The notes under the pieces were generated by a model. The model made no database searches, was not told where the DNA came from, and worked only from the letters and a program-made list of their open reading frames with translations. A program made the position numbers and the translations under genes. A DNA stretch of 64,000 bases, from IMG/VR virus record IMGVR_UViG_3300020200_000014, positions 1 to 64,000 of that record; one strand, given 5' to 3'. Shown here piece by piece: positions 27,434-37,892 of the stretch (the stretch's first letter is position 1; the number at the start of each line of letters is the position of its first letter). Origin of the DNA: a virus.

Positions 27434-28359
27434 CTAATAGTTTGCATACTTCGGTTCATCAATCATATCAACTAATTTTTTGAGTTCATTGATTCCATAT
27501 TCAATATCATATAAACATATAAATCCTGTTTTGTAAAATTTTTCACTGCTTATACGATAATCTCTTTTGTCCTCATCTTTAGTATATTCTGCTTTAATTA
27601 TTTCTAAAGGTATAATTGATTTAATTTTTTCTACTAAATCCAGCTTTGAACAATTAAGAAAATCATTTCCAACATTGAATACTTCATCGATTGTTTTATT
27701 TGAATCTATCACATGAACAAATGCTCTACAAATATCTTGTATGTGTATATAATTTCTAATAGCATGACTTTCATACAATACAATTACTTTTTCTTTTATT
27801 GCCTTTAAAACAAGATTATTAATTAGCAAATCAAACCGTGGCCTTTTTGAAATACCAAAAACAGTTGCAAGTCTCAGAATAGTGTAATTTTCAGATTGTT
27901 TAATTTCTTCTTCTGCTTCACACTTTGTTTTACCGTATATGGAGATAGGCAACAAAACAGATTCTTCTGTTATAATTTCTTTATTGTCTGTAATGCCATA
28001 TCCACTATTCGTATTTGGATATAATATTCTTTGATGTTTTGATCTTATATCGTTTATAAATTTTACGTGTCTATAATTTATAAGATAGCTATCTGTTGGA
28101 TTACATTTACATAGATTAGCCCCAACTAATGCTGCAAGTGGTATTATAATATCATATTTTGGAACTAATTGTTTTAATAGCTCATCATCTCTAACATCTC
28201 CCTTAATAAATGTGAATTTTGAATTTGATATATAAGAAACAAGACTGATTCTTTCATACAATAAATTATCAATAACCGTAACTTCATGATCTTGCAATAA
28301 ATGTGCAATTAATTCTGAACCGATATATCCAGCTTTCCTCCAGTCACTAAAATATTCAT
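27434..28359 (-). pseudogene. NAD-dependent nucleotide-sugar epimerase/dehydratase, frameshifted in the GxxGxxG motif
   Basis: MNILVTGG then 2 extra A (28334-28335) before GCT GGA TAT ATC GGT (AGYIG); YGKTK, LRLATVFG downstream. Confidence 0.8.
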
Positions 28360-28381
28360 ATAAACCTTACTCCTTTACATA

Positions 28382-29515
28382 ATGAAAAAAGCGTGGGGGT
28401 ATTGGAACTCCGAAAATAATATAGTATCAGAACTTAAAAAAATAACAAAAAATTTAGGGCATTTCCCTACCTGCACTGAATTACCAGGAGGATTATGGGG
28501 TGCGATAAAAAAAACCAAAAAATCAATTTTTTATTATGGAAAGTTATTGGGATGGGAAAATAAGACTAAACCAAAAAAATATTGGCAGTTCTGGGAAAAT
28601 ATAAGCTATGAAATTAAAAAATTAATAGTATTAAATAATGGAGTTTTCCCAAAACTAACACAAATAGAAGAACATCTAGGTTCAGGTGGAAAATTAGCTG
28701 TTCGTAGAAATGGGGGCATTCGTAATGTAGCAGAAAAAATGGGATATAATTATATACCAACAGGAAACTGTATAAAGGTATCAGACGGCCATGTAGTTTT
28801 AAGTTATAATGAATTGATCGTGGATGAATTTTTATATTCTAGGGATATATCGCATGAAGTAAATGGGTACATACACAAAGGATTACCATATCGTTTTGAT
28901 TTTAAAATAAATGATTTTTACATTGAATTGTGGGGGTACGAAAAAAACAGAAAAACCCCTCGATGTGATAAGTATAACAAACGTCGCCAAAAAAAAGAAA
29001 AACTATATAAAGAATTAGATTTAAAATTAATTAACATAGAAAGTGGCGTTTTTAAAAAGCCAATTAATTCAATCATAGCTTGTCTCACCAAGATGTGCGA
29101 AACTATGAATTTAAATACCAAAGAAATAAGACCAATTAATTTAACTAATTATATAGCCAATTCTAAATATTGGACATACGATAAAATTTTATATAATCTA
29201 AGAAATTTTATCACAAGTTTAGGAAGATTCCCAAAACAAAAAGATTTTATAGAAAATAAACTAGGTGGTTTAATAGATGCGATAAGTCGAAATGGCGGAT
29301 TAATATATTTTGCCAATATTTTAGGATATAATTTCAGATATAAAATAAAATGGGACATTAATAAAATAACAACTAAATTAAAAGATATTATAAATAAATT
29401 AGGGTATTTTCCTAAATTCAAAGAATTAGCAAATATGGGAGAAAGCAGATTATATCAAGCAATGAATAAATACGGAACAAAAGAATATTTTAAGCAAGTT
29501 GCAATGTCTAATTAA
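28382..29515 (+). CDS. homing-endonuclease-like protein (helical repeats plus PD-(D/E)xK)
   Basis: YW..ENI...LG.FP repeats; DGHVVLSYNE, RFDFKINDFYIELWG. Confidence 0.75.
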   Translation: MKKAWGYWNSENNIVSELKKITKNLGHFPTCTELPGGLWGAIKKTKKSIFYYGKLLGWENKTKPKKYWQFWENISYEIKKLIVLNNGVFPKLTQIEEHLGSGGKLAVRRNGGIRNVAEKMGYNYIPTGNCIKVSDGHVVLSYNELIVDEFLYSRDISHEVNGYIHKGLPYRFDFKINDFYIELWGYEKNRKTPRCDKYNKRRQKKEKLYKELDLKLINIESGVFKKPINSIIACLTKMCETMNLNTKEIRPINLTNYIANSKYWTYDKILYNLRNFITSLGRFPKQKDFIENKLGGLIDAISRNGGLIYFANILGYNFRYKIKWDINKITTKLKDIINKLGYFPKFKELANMGESRLYQAMNKYGTKEYFKQVAMSN

Positions 29516-29544
29516 AACCTACAAAATGATAAATACACCTGTAT

Positions 29545-30444
29545 ATGCAAACTACTAAAGTCTTAATTTTTGGCAAAGGATTATTAGCTACTGCGATTCT
29601 TAAACTAAATGATTATTTTTTTGCTGATCTAGACCTCACGTATGCCAGTAATACAAATGATTTCATAAAAAAACTTTCTCCAGACATAATTATAAATTGT
29701 GCGGCTTTAGTAGGTGGCGTTAAGTTAAACTCAGAAAATCAAGAAGAAATGTTTTATGTTAACAATGTCATTAGTTCAAATGTCATTCACGCTGCTGTAA
29801 AAAATAACATTAAAAAAATAATTGCTTTTGGGTCCACTTGTTCTTTCGATGAATCTTTGGAAGAATTAAATGAAAACAATATTCAATTTGGATTACCTTA
29901 TTTTAAAAACTATGGCTATGGTTATGCCAAAAGAATGACAGAAATTCATTTAAAGACAGCTAAAGAACAATATGGGCTAAAATACAATTACTACATTCCC
30001 TGCACTCTTTACGGCCCTAATGATAACTTCAACTTGGATAGATGTCATGTAATTCCAGCATTAATTCATAAGTGCTTTTTAGCCAAAAAAGAAGATAAAC
30101 CGTTAATAGTTTTTGGAGATAAAAATGTAAAAAGAGAAGTTATGTTCTCTGAGGATTTCGCTCAAATTATAACAAATACTATAAATGAAGATTTAGAAGC
30201 TGTAATGGTTTCTGTAGGTCAAGAAGTTTCTGTAGAAGAATTAGTTTTTTTAATAACTGATAATTTTAAGTTTACAGGGAAAATTATTTGGGAATCCAGT
30301 ATCCTGCCAGGTCAATTAAAAAGACCTGTTGCAAATGTAAATAAAATAAAACCTTATATTAATTTTAAAATAACTAAATTAGAAGAAGGAATTAAAAAAA
30401 CAATTAATTGGTTCGAAAATAACTACCCTGGTATAAGAAAATGA
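29545..30444 (+). CDS. GDP-L-fucose synthase/ColC-like epimerase-reductase
   Basis: INCAALVGG, YGYAKR, LYGPNDNF, HVIPALIHK. Confidence 0.85.
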   Translation: MQTTKVLIFGKGLLATAILKLNDYFFADLDLTYASNTNDFIKKLSPDIIINCAALVGGVKLNSENQEEMFYVNNVISSNVIHAAVKNNIKKIIAFGSTCSFDESLEELNENNIQFGLPYFKNYGYGYAKRMTEIHLKTAKEQYGLKYNYYIPCTLYGPNDNFNLDRCHVIPALIHKCFLAKKEDKPLIVFGDKNVKREVMFSEDFAQIITNTINEDLEAVMVSVGQEVSVEELVFLITDNFKFTGKIIWESSILPGQLKRPVANVNKIKPYINFKITKLEEGIKKTINWFENNYPGIRK

Positions 30445-31022
30445 TAAAAGAAGACCTTGTAGCTTTTGAAGAAGATATAAAAGATTGTTACTCAAAAGGA
30501 TTAATAAAATATCCAATTCATTTAAGAGGAGGATGTGAGGATCATTTAATAGAAATATTTAAGAACATTAAAGAAGAAGATTATGTTTTAAGTACATGGG
30601 CATCTCATTTACACGCTCTTTTAAAAGGAATTCCTGCCGACAAAGTAAAACAAAGAATATTAGATGGTTTAAGTATATCATTATGTTTTCCTGAACACAG
30701 ATTTTTTGCTAGTGGTATAGTTGGCAATTTAATAGGAGTTGCTGTAGGGATTGCTCAGTCCAGTAAACAACGTGTTTTTGTGTTTTTAGGTGATATGGCA
30801 ATTATGTCTGGAATAGCACACGAAGCTATGAAATACAGTAAAAATTTTGATTTGCCTATTTATTGGATTTGTGAGGATAATGGGGTTAGTGTTTTAACTG
30901 ATACTAAAAAAACTTGGGGGTGTGAAAAACTTCAGTTAGATTGGGATCATCCTAAGTTAATTTATTATAATTACATCAATAAATATCCTCACAGTGGAAC
31001 AGGAGCTAAAGTTGCTTTCTAA
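30441..31022 (+). CDS. ThDP-dependent dehydrogenase E1 alpha-like subunit
   Basis: PIHL, SGIVG, FLGDMA...EDN ThDP motif. Confidence 0.85.
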   Translation: MIKEDLVAFEEDIKDCYSKGLIKYPIHLRGGCEDHLIEIFKNIKEEDYVLSTWASHLHALLKGIPADKVKQRILDGLSISLCFPEHRFFASGIVGNLIGVAVGIAQSSKQRVFVFLGDMAIMSGIAHEAMKYSKNFDLPIYWICEDNGVSVLTDTKKTWGCEKLQLDWDHPKLIYYNYINKYPHSGTGAKVAF

Positions 31023-31542
31023 TTACTTCGATGAATTGTGTAAATCTATGGAATGGCTTGCAGATAAAAACACTCATTTCATAGGCCAGGGGGTGAAAGA
31101 TGGAGGCACATTTATGTCTTCAACTTTCAAGAACATTTCAGAAGAAAAAAAAGTTGAGTTTCCAGTTGCTGAACAATTTCAATTTGGAATCTCTATTGGA
31201 TGGGCTATTGCCGGACATATGTGCGTTTCGGTATTTCCAAGACACAATTTTTTATTACTTGCAATGTCTGAAATGGTAAATTTATTAGATAATTTTCCAG
31301 AACTTACAAAAAGCGATTATATGCCCAAATTAATTATAAGAACTGCGGTGGGTACAACAAAACCAATATATCCAGGAGTTCAACATGCAGGAAACTTTAC
31401 AGAAGCATTCAAAAAATTACTTAAAAATATAAAAATTGTGGAATTAACGGCAGCGGATCAAATATTTCCAGCTTATCAGGATGCTTATGAAAGAAATGGG
31501 ACCACTTTAATTACTGAATTTGGGGATTTATATTATGCATAA
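30994..31542 (+). CDS. transketolase/E1 beta pyrimidine-binding domain subunit
   Basis: FIGQGV, EFPVAE, IIRTAVG, PGVQH. Confidence 0.85.
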   Translation: MEQELKLLSNYFDELCKSMEWLADKNTHFIGQGVKDGGTFMSSTFKNISEEKKVEFPVAEQFQFGISIGWAIAGHMCVSVFPRHNFLLLAMSEMVNLLDNFPELTKSDYMPKLIIRTAVGTTKPIYPGVQHAGNFTEAFKKLLKNIKIVELTAADQIFPAYQDAYERNGTTLITEFGDLYYA

Positions 31543-32656
31543 AATTGAATTTGGAGAATTTAGAGCTAATGAATTATGCAAAAAAGAAGTAATGGATTGC
31601 CTGGAGAAAAATTGGGTATCGATAGGGAATAAAACAAAAGAATTTGAAGAAAAATTTGCAAAACTTTTTAATTACAAATACTGTTCGGCAGTTAATTCAG
31701 GAACAAGCGCTGGAATTGCGGCTTGCATCTCGCTTTATGATATTAAAAATGCCAAAATGCATGATGAAGTCATTTGCCCGGCTTTATCTTTCATAGCCAC
31801 AGCAAATGCAATTAGAGCAGCTTCTTTGACGCCTAAATTTGTTGATGTTGGTTACGATATGAATATCAACACTGATTTGATTGAAGAAGCCATTACAGAA
31901 AAAACAAGAGCTATCAAAGCAGTAAGTTTAATAGGTAAACCTCCTAAAATGGATAAAATTGCAGAAATAGCCAAAAAATATAATTTAGCGGTAATAATTG
32001 ATAATTGCGAAGGTACTGGCAACAAATATAAAGGAAGACATTGTTTAGAATATTCTGACATTGAAACTTCATCTCATTACGTCGGGCATCTTTTAGTAGG
32101 TGCTGAAGGTGGAACTTGTTTAACGAATTGTGAAGAGATAGATAGCTTAATCAAATCCATAAGATCACATGGCAGAAGAAGTGGACTTTATTTTGATCAT
32201 CCTCGTTATGGGCTAAATCTTAAACAATCTGATATTCATTCCGCATTACTTTTAGGTACAGTTGATAAATTTTGGGATATTTTCAACAAACGCAAAAAGA
32301 ACTATTATTTTATAAGAAAAGCATTAGTTGACTTTGAAGATATTGCCTGGTTTACTGAAGAAGATGAAGGAGATACAAATTGCCCGCATGGATTTAGTAT
32401 AACTTTAAAACCTAAATATAAAGATAAACTTGGGGACTTAAAAACTCATTTGTATGAAAGTTCAATTCACTGGAAAAGAAATTTTGGCAGTATCCCTGAT
32501 CATGGCACTTTTGGCTATATTAATGAAAAAGAAAAGTATCCAGTAGCCACTTATATTGGTGATTATGGCATTCATGTTGGTTGTCACTATTATTTGTCAG
32601 ATGATGATTTAATTTATTTGACAGATTCTATTAAGAAATTTTTCGAGAGGTTATAA
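31535..32656 (+). CDS. DegT/DnrJ-family PLP enzyme, ColD/RfbH-like 3-dehydratase type
   Basis: VNSGTSA, DNCE, SHYVGHLLVGAEGG (His at the usual Lys position). Confidence 0.85.
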   Translation: MHKIEFGEFRANELCKKEVMDCLEKNWVSIGNKTKEFEEKFAKLFNYKYCSAVNSGTSAGIAACISLYDIKNAKMHDEVICPALSFIATANAIRAASLTPKFVDVGYDMNINTDLIEEAITEKTRAIKAVSLIGKPPKMDKIAEIAKKYNLAVIIDNCEGTGNKYKGRHCLEYSDIETSSHYVGHLLVGAEGGTCLTNCEEIDSLIKSIRSHGRRSGLYFDHPRYGLNLKQSDIHSALLLGTVDKFWDIFNKRKKNYYFIRKALVDFEDIAWFTEEDEGDTNCPHGFSITLKPKYKDKLGDLKTHLYESSIHWKRNFGSIPDHGTFGYINEKEKYPVATYIGDYGIHVGCHYYLSDDDLIYLTDSIKKFFERL

Positions 32657-34176
32657 TGCAATTAGACATCTTATTTATTCATTCAAATGCTTCGGAAGAA
32701 ATATATCAAGGTCTTAGCAAAGAACATTCTGGAATTGAAACACCAATTTGGGCAGGCATGCTAGCTCAGCATTGTCGCATGAAAGGCTATGGAGTGCAAA
32801 TTCTCGATTGTGAAGCAGAAAGATTAAACTATAAAGAAGCTACTAACTTGATTGTAGAAGCTAATCCAAGAATTGCTTGTTTTGTGGTTTATGGGCAGCA
32901 ACCTTCGGCGTCAAGTCAAAATATGAAAGGTGCAATTGCACTAGCCCAAGAACTTAAAAAAATTAGCCATATAAAAATACTATTTGTTGGCGGTCATGTT
33001 TCTGCATTACCATATGAAGTTTTACAAGAAGATTGTGTTGACTTGATATGCCAAAATGAAGGAATCAAAACGATAAGTAATTTGTTAATGTGTGATAACT
33101 TTAATGACACTTCTTTGCTGGAAAAAATAAAAGGACTAGGATTTAAATATAATGATGGCAAAACAACATATCATTTAAACCAAATTGATCCAATAATTCC
33201 ACAAGACAAATTGCAAGAAGAACTACCAGGCATAGCATGGGACTTATTACCTTCTCCAACAAAATACCGCACAGCAGGATGGCATTCTTGGCCTAATAAT
33301 TCTATAAAAAGTCCTTTTGCATCGATTTATACTAGTCTTGGCTGTCCATTTAAATGCTTATTTTGCATGATAAACATAATTAATCGTGAAGATAATAGCC
33401 CTGACGCTACAAGCAATAAAAGCGCCAATTTCCGATATTGGGAACCAGAGTTTACAATTAATAAATTAGATAAACTTGCAAATATGGGTATCAGGAACCT
33501 TAAAATTGCTGATGAAATGTTTATTCTTAGGGAACAACATTTTATGAAGTTGTGTGAATTAATCAGTGAAAGAAAATACAATTTTAACATATGGTGTTAT
33601 GGAAGAGTCGATTGCACTAAGCTAAAATATCTAGAAGCATTAAAGAAAGCTGGAGTTAACTGGATTGCTCTTGGAATTGAAAGTCCTAATCAAACAGTAA
33701 GAAAAGATGTAATTAAAGGCGGTTATAAAGAAGTTAAAATAAAGGACGTTGTAAATGAAATTCGAAATGCAGGTATAAATGTTTGTGCAAATTATATTTT
33801 TGGCTTGCCAGAAGATAATTTGCAAACTATGCAAGAAACACTAGATTTTGCAATGGATTTAAATACAGAAAATGCTAATTTTTATGCCACACAAGCTTAC
33901 CCTGGAAGTCCTTTGTACTATCAAGCTAAAACAAATGGATGGAAGTTACCAGATAAATATGAAGGATATAGCCAACATTCTTATTGGACGCAGAATCTCC
34001 CAAGCAAGTATCTATCAGCCGCAGAGATATTAAAGTTTAGGGATCAAGCTTGGATTAAATATTTCACCAATATAACTTATCTAAATATGTTAGAAAAAAA
34101 ATTTGGTATCGCAGCAAGAAATGATGTGGAAAATTCTACAAAAATAAATCTTAAAAGAAAAATATTAAACGATTAA
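32656..34176 (+). CDS. B12-binding radical SAM protein
   Basis: N-terminal cobalamin domain (VGGHVSALP), SLGCPFKCLFC, LGIES, YPGSPLY. Confidence 0.9.
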   Translation: MQLDILFIHSNASEEIYQGLSKEHSGIETPIWAGMLAQHCRMKGYGVQILDCEAERLNYKEATNLIVEANPRIACFVVYGQQPSASSQNMKGAIALAQELKKISHIKILFVGGHVSALPYEVLQEDCVDLICQNEGIKTISNLLMCDNFNDTSLLEKIKGLGFKYNDGKTTYHLNQIDPIIPQDKLQEELPGIAWDLLPSPTKYRTAGWHSWPNNSIKSPFASIYTSLGCPFKCLFCMINIINREDNSPDATSNKSANFRYWEPEFTINKLDKLANMGIRNLKIADEMFILREQHFMKLCELISERKYNFNIWCYGRVDCTKLKYLEALKKAGVNWIALGIESPNQTVRKDVIKGGYKEVKIKDVVNEIRNAGINVCANYIFGLPEDNLQTMQETLDFAMDLNTENANFYATQAYPGSPLYYQAKTNGWKLPDKYEGYSQHSYWTQNLPSKYLSAAEILKFRDQAWIKYFTNITYLNMLEKKFGIAARNDVENSTKINLKRKILND

Positions 34177-34898
34177 AGAAAGGATATTTCTTGAAATGAA
34201 TCAGATTTCCTAATTTCCTTGTTTAGCAATTCAGTATAATGTTGAATATTTATAGTTGGATAATTGCTAATAGCAGCTACATATAAATTTATTTTATCTT
34301 TTTTTCTCAATCCGCTATGATAAGAAACATGCTGAATCATTATTTCAGACAAATCACACACTCGATCTATCGCACTATAAATTTTAAATAATTCTATATC
34401 TGCTGACCATGCTGCAAATTGTGGAGGTATTGCGAATCCTAATGCATCTGCCCCTTTTCTAGATATTAAAGGAAAACAACTGTAATTTAGCCCACCTGCT
34501 CTTATTAATAAAGTATCACTTATAAATCCATAAACTATACCATCTGGTTTATCTGAAAGATACTTTTCTAATTTTTCAAAAGCAATTTGGTCCCATTTTG
34601 GGGTTTTAAATAAAGTGTCATCATTACATATGATAGAATACTTTCCTGTAGCAAAGTGTACATGAAGCCAATTTAAGTAATCCCTATTTAACATAGTCGT
34701 TCTAGGTCTACTATAAATTCTAACGAATGAATACTCCTTAATTTTTTCTTTAAAATTTTGGGATACAACATCATCATCATCGATTGCTACTAATAGCTCA
34801 ACATTATTTAGATCGTCAGTAGTCTCTTGCACACTTTTAATTAAATTGTACAATAATTCTGTTCTTTCTCTACTTGCCAATACAATTGAGAAATTCAT
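34173..34898 (-). CDS. glycosyltransferase family 2
   Basis: FSIVLASRER, IDDDD, IICNDD. Confidence 0.85.
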   Translation of the reverse strand: MNFSIVLASRERTELLYNLIKSVQETTDDLNNVELLVAIDDDDVVSQNFKEKIKEYSFVRIYSRPRTTMLNRDYLNWLHVHFATGKYSIICNDDTLFKTPKWDQIAFEKLEKYLSDKPDGIVYGFISDTLLIRAGGLNYSCFPLISRKGADALGFAIPPQFAAWSADIELFKIYSAIDRVCDLSEIMIQHVSYHSGLRKKDKINLYVAAISNYPTINIQHYTELLNKEIRKSDSFQEISFL

Positions 34899-35076
34899 TT
34901 ACATATATATTCAATATGAATATCGTTATTTTAACCGAAAAATGGTGATTTAAATGAAAATTTAGGAGACACAAGTTCTCACGCTAATATAATCGGATCA
35001 GTTAATTATTCTCAATTAGCAAGTCCTTTTTCTTTTTGATGTTTCAATAACCAATCTATTTGTTTCTCTCTAATTC

Positions 35077-35508
35077 TTGGAAAATATAGATGTATCTAAA
35101 ATAAGCAAATACGGTCTAAGCAAATACATCGCAGAATGCATAGTAAAAAACAGGTGTAAAAATTGGAACATCCTAAGGTTAAATGGCCCCATAGGTCCAA
35201 GAATGAAAAAAGGACCAATTTTTGATATATTAAATAACAAAAAACTATGGGTATCTGGTGAAAGTAAGATGCAATTTATACATGCAAAATTTATAATGAA
35301 ATTTATAAATTTACTTATAGAAAAAGATATTAAGAATGAAATTTTTAATATAACTGGTTTTCCCCATGTAAAATTAATTGATTTATTCCCAAATATAGCT
35401 TACCCTCAATTGCCTGTGGTAAATCAAAATATTTCTGTAAAAAAAGCTAATTTAATTATGCAAATGCCATCTTCAGAGGAATCTATAAAGGAAATTTTAT
35501 GCAATTAA
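35077..35508 (+). pseudogene. C-terminal fragment of an NAD-dependent epimerase
   Basis: YGLSKYIAE, ILRL, FNITG; Rossmann N-terminus absent. Confidence 0.7.
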
Positions 35509-35647
35509 ATTTAGGATGTGGAACCAAAAAATGCCGCTGTTGGATGTGTTCCTACATAACCACTCCTAGGAACAGCAAAAACCCATTGGTCTAGGATAAC
35601 ATAATTTTATCCGCTTCTTTATAGATATGATCATAAAAAGTATTCAT
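35499..35647. pseudogene. gene remnants (methyltransferase-like start MQLNLGCG on +; short truncated ORF MNTFYDH on -)
   Basis: Both coupled to neighbouring genes but short, with no recognisable domain continuing. Confidence 0.45.
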
Positions 35648-35648
35648 A

Positions 35649-36047
35649 TTACCAGCTAATATCCCAACCTTTAAAATCTTCAGCAAGACAATCAATTTTG
35701 TAATCTTTTCGGCCACCAACAATTTCTTGAATTTTGTTCTTTGCTGTACATCTAAGCCCATTTAAACCATGACTTAATTCTAAATTATTACCATCCTTAA
35801 TGCCCTTCCTGTAATTTGCTTCATTATACCAAATATGGGAATTCATTTGAGCAACAACTATTATAGCTCTTATTGTATTAGCATCTAACATAACATTACT
35901 CTCATCAATTATTTGTTGTATATCATGCAATACATCCTGAATTTCTTGAGCATACTGCTGTTTATGTTCTGGTATTTTACATTCTTTAAGTTGAATAATA
36001 CTAAGTCTATCTATCAGTTCAGACAAGGTAGGCAAATATTTCCTCAT
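35649..36047 (-). CDS. helical protein of a family usually found in glycosylation clusters (DUF6165/DUF4254-like)
   Basis: TLSELIDRLSIIQLK...N..R...KNKI. Confidence 0.6.
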   Translation of the reverse strand: MRKYLPTLSELIDRLSIIQLKECKIPEHKQQYAQEIQDVLHDIQQIIDESNVMLDANTIRAIIVVAQMNSHIWYNEANYRKGIKDGNNLELSHGLNGLRCTAKNKIQEIVGGRKDYKIDCLAEDFKGWDISW

Positions 36048-36955
36048 TTTAATCCTTTTAAGAATGTCTCTAAATTCTCAAGCTCAGCTGCAAAATTGCC
36101 ATCTCCATCTTGGTAATTAATCCAAGTTCCCTGTTTTTTCATTTCTGCAAATATATTCTCTTCACCGCCATCTTCGCCTTCATATAAACATCTCTGCCAA
36201 GCAGGTGCTACCAAAAACACAGGAACATTAAATTTTGTAGCCAAAGAACAGTAACATGATATTGTTCCAATCATAGCCCTAGCATGAGAAACAACATCAC
36301 AATGCAATCTTACTGAATATTTATCCAGCAAATTATAAACATTTAACCTATCATATGAAAAAACTTCCTGTATTTCCTTATAATGTCCAACCTCATGTCT
36401 TTTTGAATTTCCTCCTAATAAAACCACGTTAAAACCAGCATCAACAATTAAATCAACTAGTCTATAAAAACCATCATATCCAATCTTGTCAAACCATCTA
36501 CGTTCATCATCTCCAGCAAATAAGTGCAATCCTACATACGGTTGTGAAATTTCTACCAATTTCTCTTCAGGAGATAAGAAAAATTGCATTCTCTTTTGCT
36601 CTAAAGTAGCTTTTAATTCAGGTAATTCATTCAAATAAGGCAATCCTAAAGATCGTCTTTCTAAAAAACTTTCACTATATTCAGTCCAACTATAGTTAGA
36701 AATTTCATCAAAATAAGGATTGTACTTAAACAATTCATGAGTATGATTGCAAGTTGTACAAATAACGGCACGAACTTTAACAAAAGGATATTTTTCTTTC
36801 AAAGAAATTACATAAGGACATTCATTTTGCCAAGTGTATTTTAACCAATTACAAGCAGTTCTAGAAAGAGGTTTAGAAAAAGGAGCAGAATAACAAATAG
36901 ATATGTCGCCTAACCCGGCTCTAAATGCAATATTGATTTTTTCAGGAATAATCAT
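36044..36955 (-). CDS. GT-B (GT9-like) glycosyltransferase-like protein
   Basis: AGLGDI, YNPYFDEI, YVGLHLFAG, VVLLGG. Confidence 0.6.
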   Translation of the reverse strand: MIIPEKINIAFRAGLGDISICYSAPFSKPLSRTACNWLKYTWQNECPYVISLKEKYPFVKVRAVICTTCNHTHELFKYNPYFDEISNYSWTEYSESFLERRSLGLPYLNELPELKATLEQKRMQFFLSPEEKLVEISQPYVGLHLFAGDDERRWFDKIGYDGFYRLVDLIVDAGFNVVLLGGNSKRHEVGHYKEIQEVFSYDRLNVYNLLDKYSVRLHCDVVSHARAMIGTISCYCSLATKFNVPVFLVAPAWQRCLYEGEDGGEENIFAEMKKQGTWINYQDGDGNFAAELENLETFLKGLK

Positions 36956-36956
36956 T

Positions 36957-37565
36957 TTACACTAAACCAAATAATTTCTTAGCTGCTGCTTCTATTTCTT
37001 GTGGATTTGGATTTACTGAAATTGACTGCCCATTAAAGCGATTACGAACAAAAATATACCTCTTATCCTTACTAGGTGTTATTGATAAAGAACCATTTTT
37101 AATTCCCAATTTATTTTCTAATGTGCTAACGCTAAATGTATTTTGTCCCTGTAATTGTTGAACCTTTTGCATTACTGATGTCCACATAGCTCCGTTTTGA
37201 TTAAAACCTTGTAAAACGATTTCAGGTTTTTCACCATTTATAATTCTTTGAGCATATTCGGTTATTTTACGACCCTTCATATCATGAAAAGCACCAGTCA
37301 TGCCTTGAAATGCTGCATTTATATCTGCTGCTGTTTGGTTCTCCATGGGAATATCTCCAGCGGCTTTCAGTGCATCCATACCAACATTCCCCAATCCTTT
37401 TCCAACAGGTTCATTACGATTTTTCCATACAGAGCCTGCTACTTTAAAAGGAAGCTGTAAGGCTTGTTTGCCTGCATTTAATACCCCGCCCGCAGCACCA
37501 ATATATTGTTTACCTATGAAATCTTGCAGACCTTCTTCTTGCAGCCATTCGTTAAATGTCTTCAT
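36957..37565 (-). CDS. putative internal/ejection protein
   Basis: Probable start MKTFNEWLQEEG at 37565 after GAGG; Gly/Ala/Gln-rich. Confidence 0.65.
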   Translation of the reverse strand: MKTFNEWLQEEGLQDFIGKQYIGAAGGVLNAGKQALQLPFKVAGSVWKNRNEPVGKGLGNVGMDALKAAGDIPMENQTAADINAAFQGMTGAFHDMKGRKITEYAQRIINGEKPEIVLQGFNQNGAMWTSVMQKVQQLQGQNTFSVSTLENKLGIKNGSLSITPSKDKRYIFVRNRFNGQSISVNPNPQEIEAAAKKLFGLV

Positions 37566-37836
37566 GTTTATAAGCCTCTTTCTCAAAACTAATATTTCTA
37601 TAAGCTTCATCAAAATTCCAGTATTTAATGAAGTTTCGCATAAATTCGCAGATGTACTGTATATAGAATCTTGTGTTGCCAATATTATTTCTTTGGGCTA
37701 TATGAATTTCTTCGTGTTTTATAGTTTCTGGATCAACTTCGTTTTTAGGGTATTTAAAGTAAGTATTCCAGGGTAGAGAGATAGCGTCAAAATTTTTAAG
37801 AATTGGCAATTTGAATATCCAATGATTAAACTTCAT
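37552..37836 (-). CDS. small HExxH zincin-like protein
   Basis: IKHEEIHIAQ...AYRNISFEKEAY. Confidence 0.7.
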   Translation of the reverse strand: MKFNHWIFKLPILKNFDAISLPWNTYFKYPKNEVDPETIKHEEIHIAQRNNIGNTRFYIQYICEFMRNFIKYWNFDEAYRNISFEKEAYKHEDI

Positions 37837-37892
37837 AATGGTATGTAGTTTTAAATAAAAATATTATATTTGAATACTATATAAAATAGTAT

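Noticed and set aside
28297-29545. Group I intron around the endonuclease next to the broken epimerase
   Set aside because: The endonuclease lies upstream of the epimerase start on the opposite strand, flanks are too short for a ribozyme core, and the break is a 2-nt insertion
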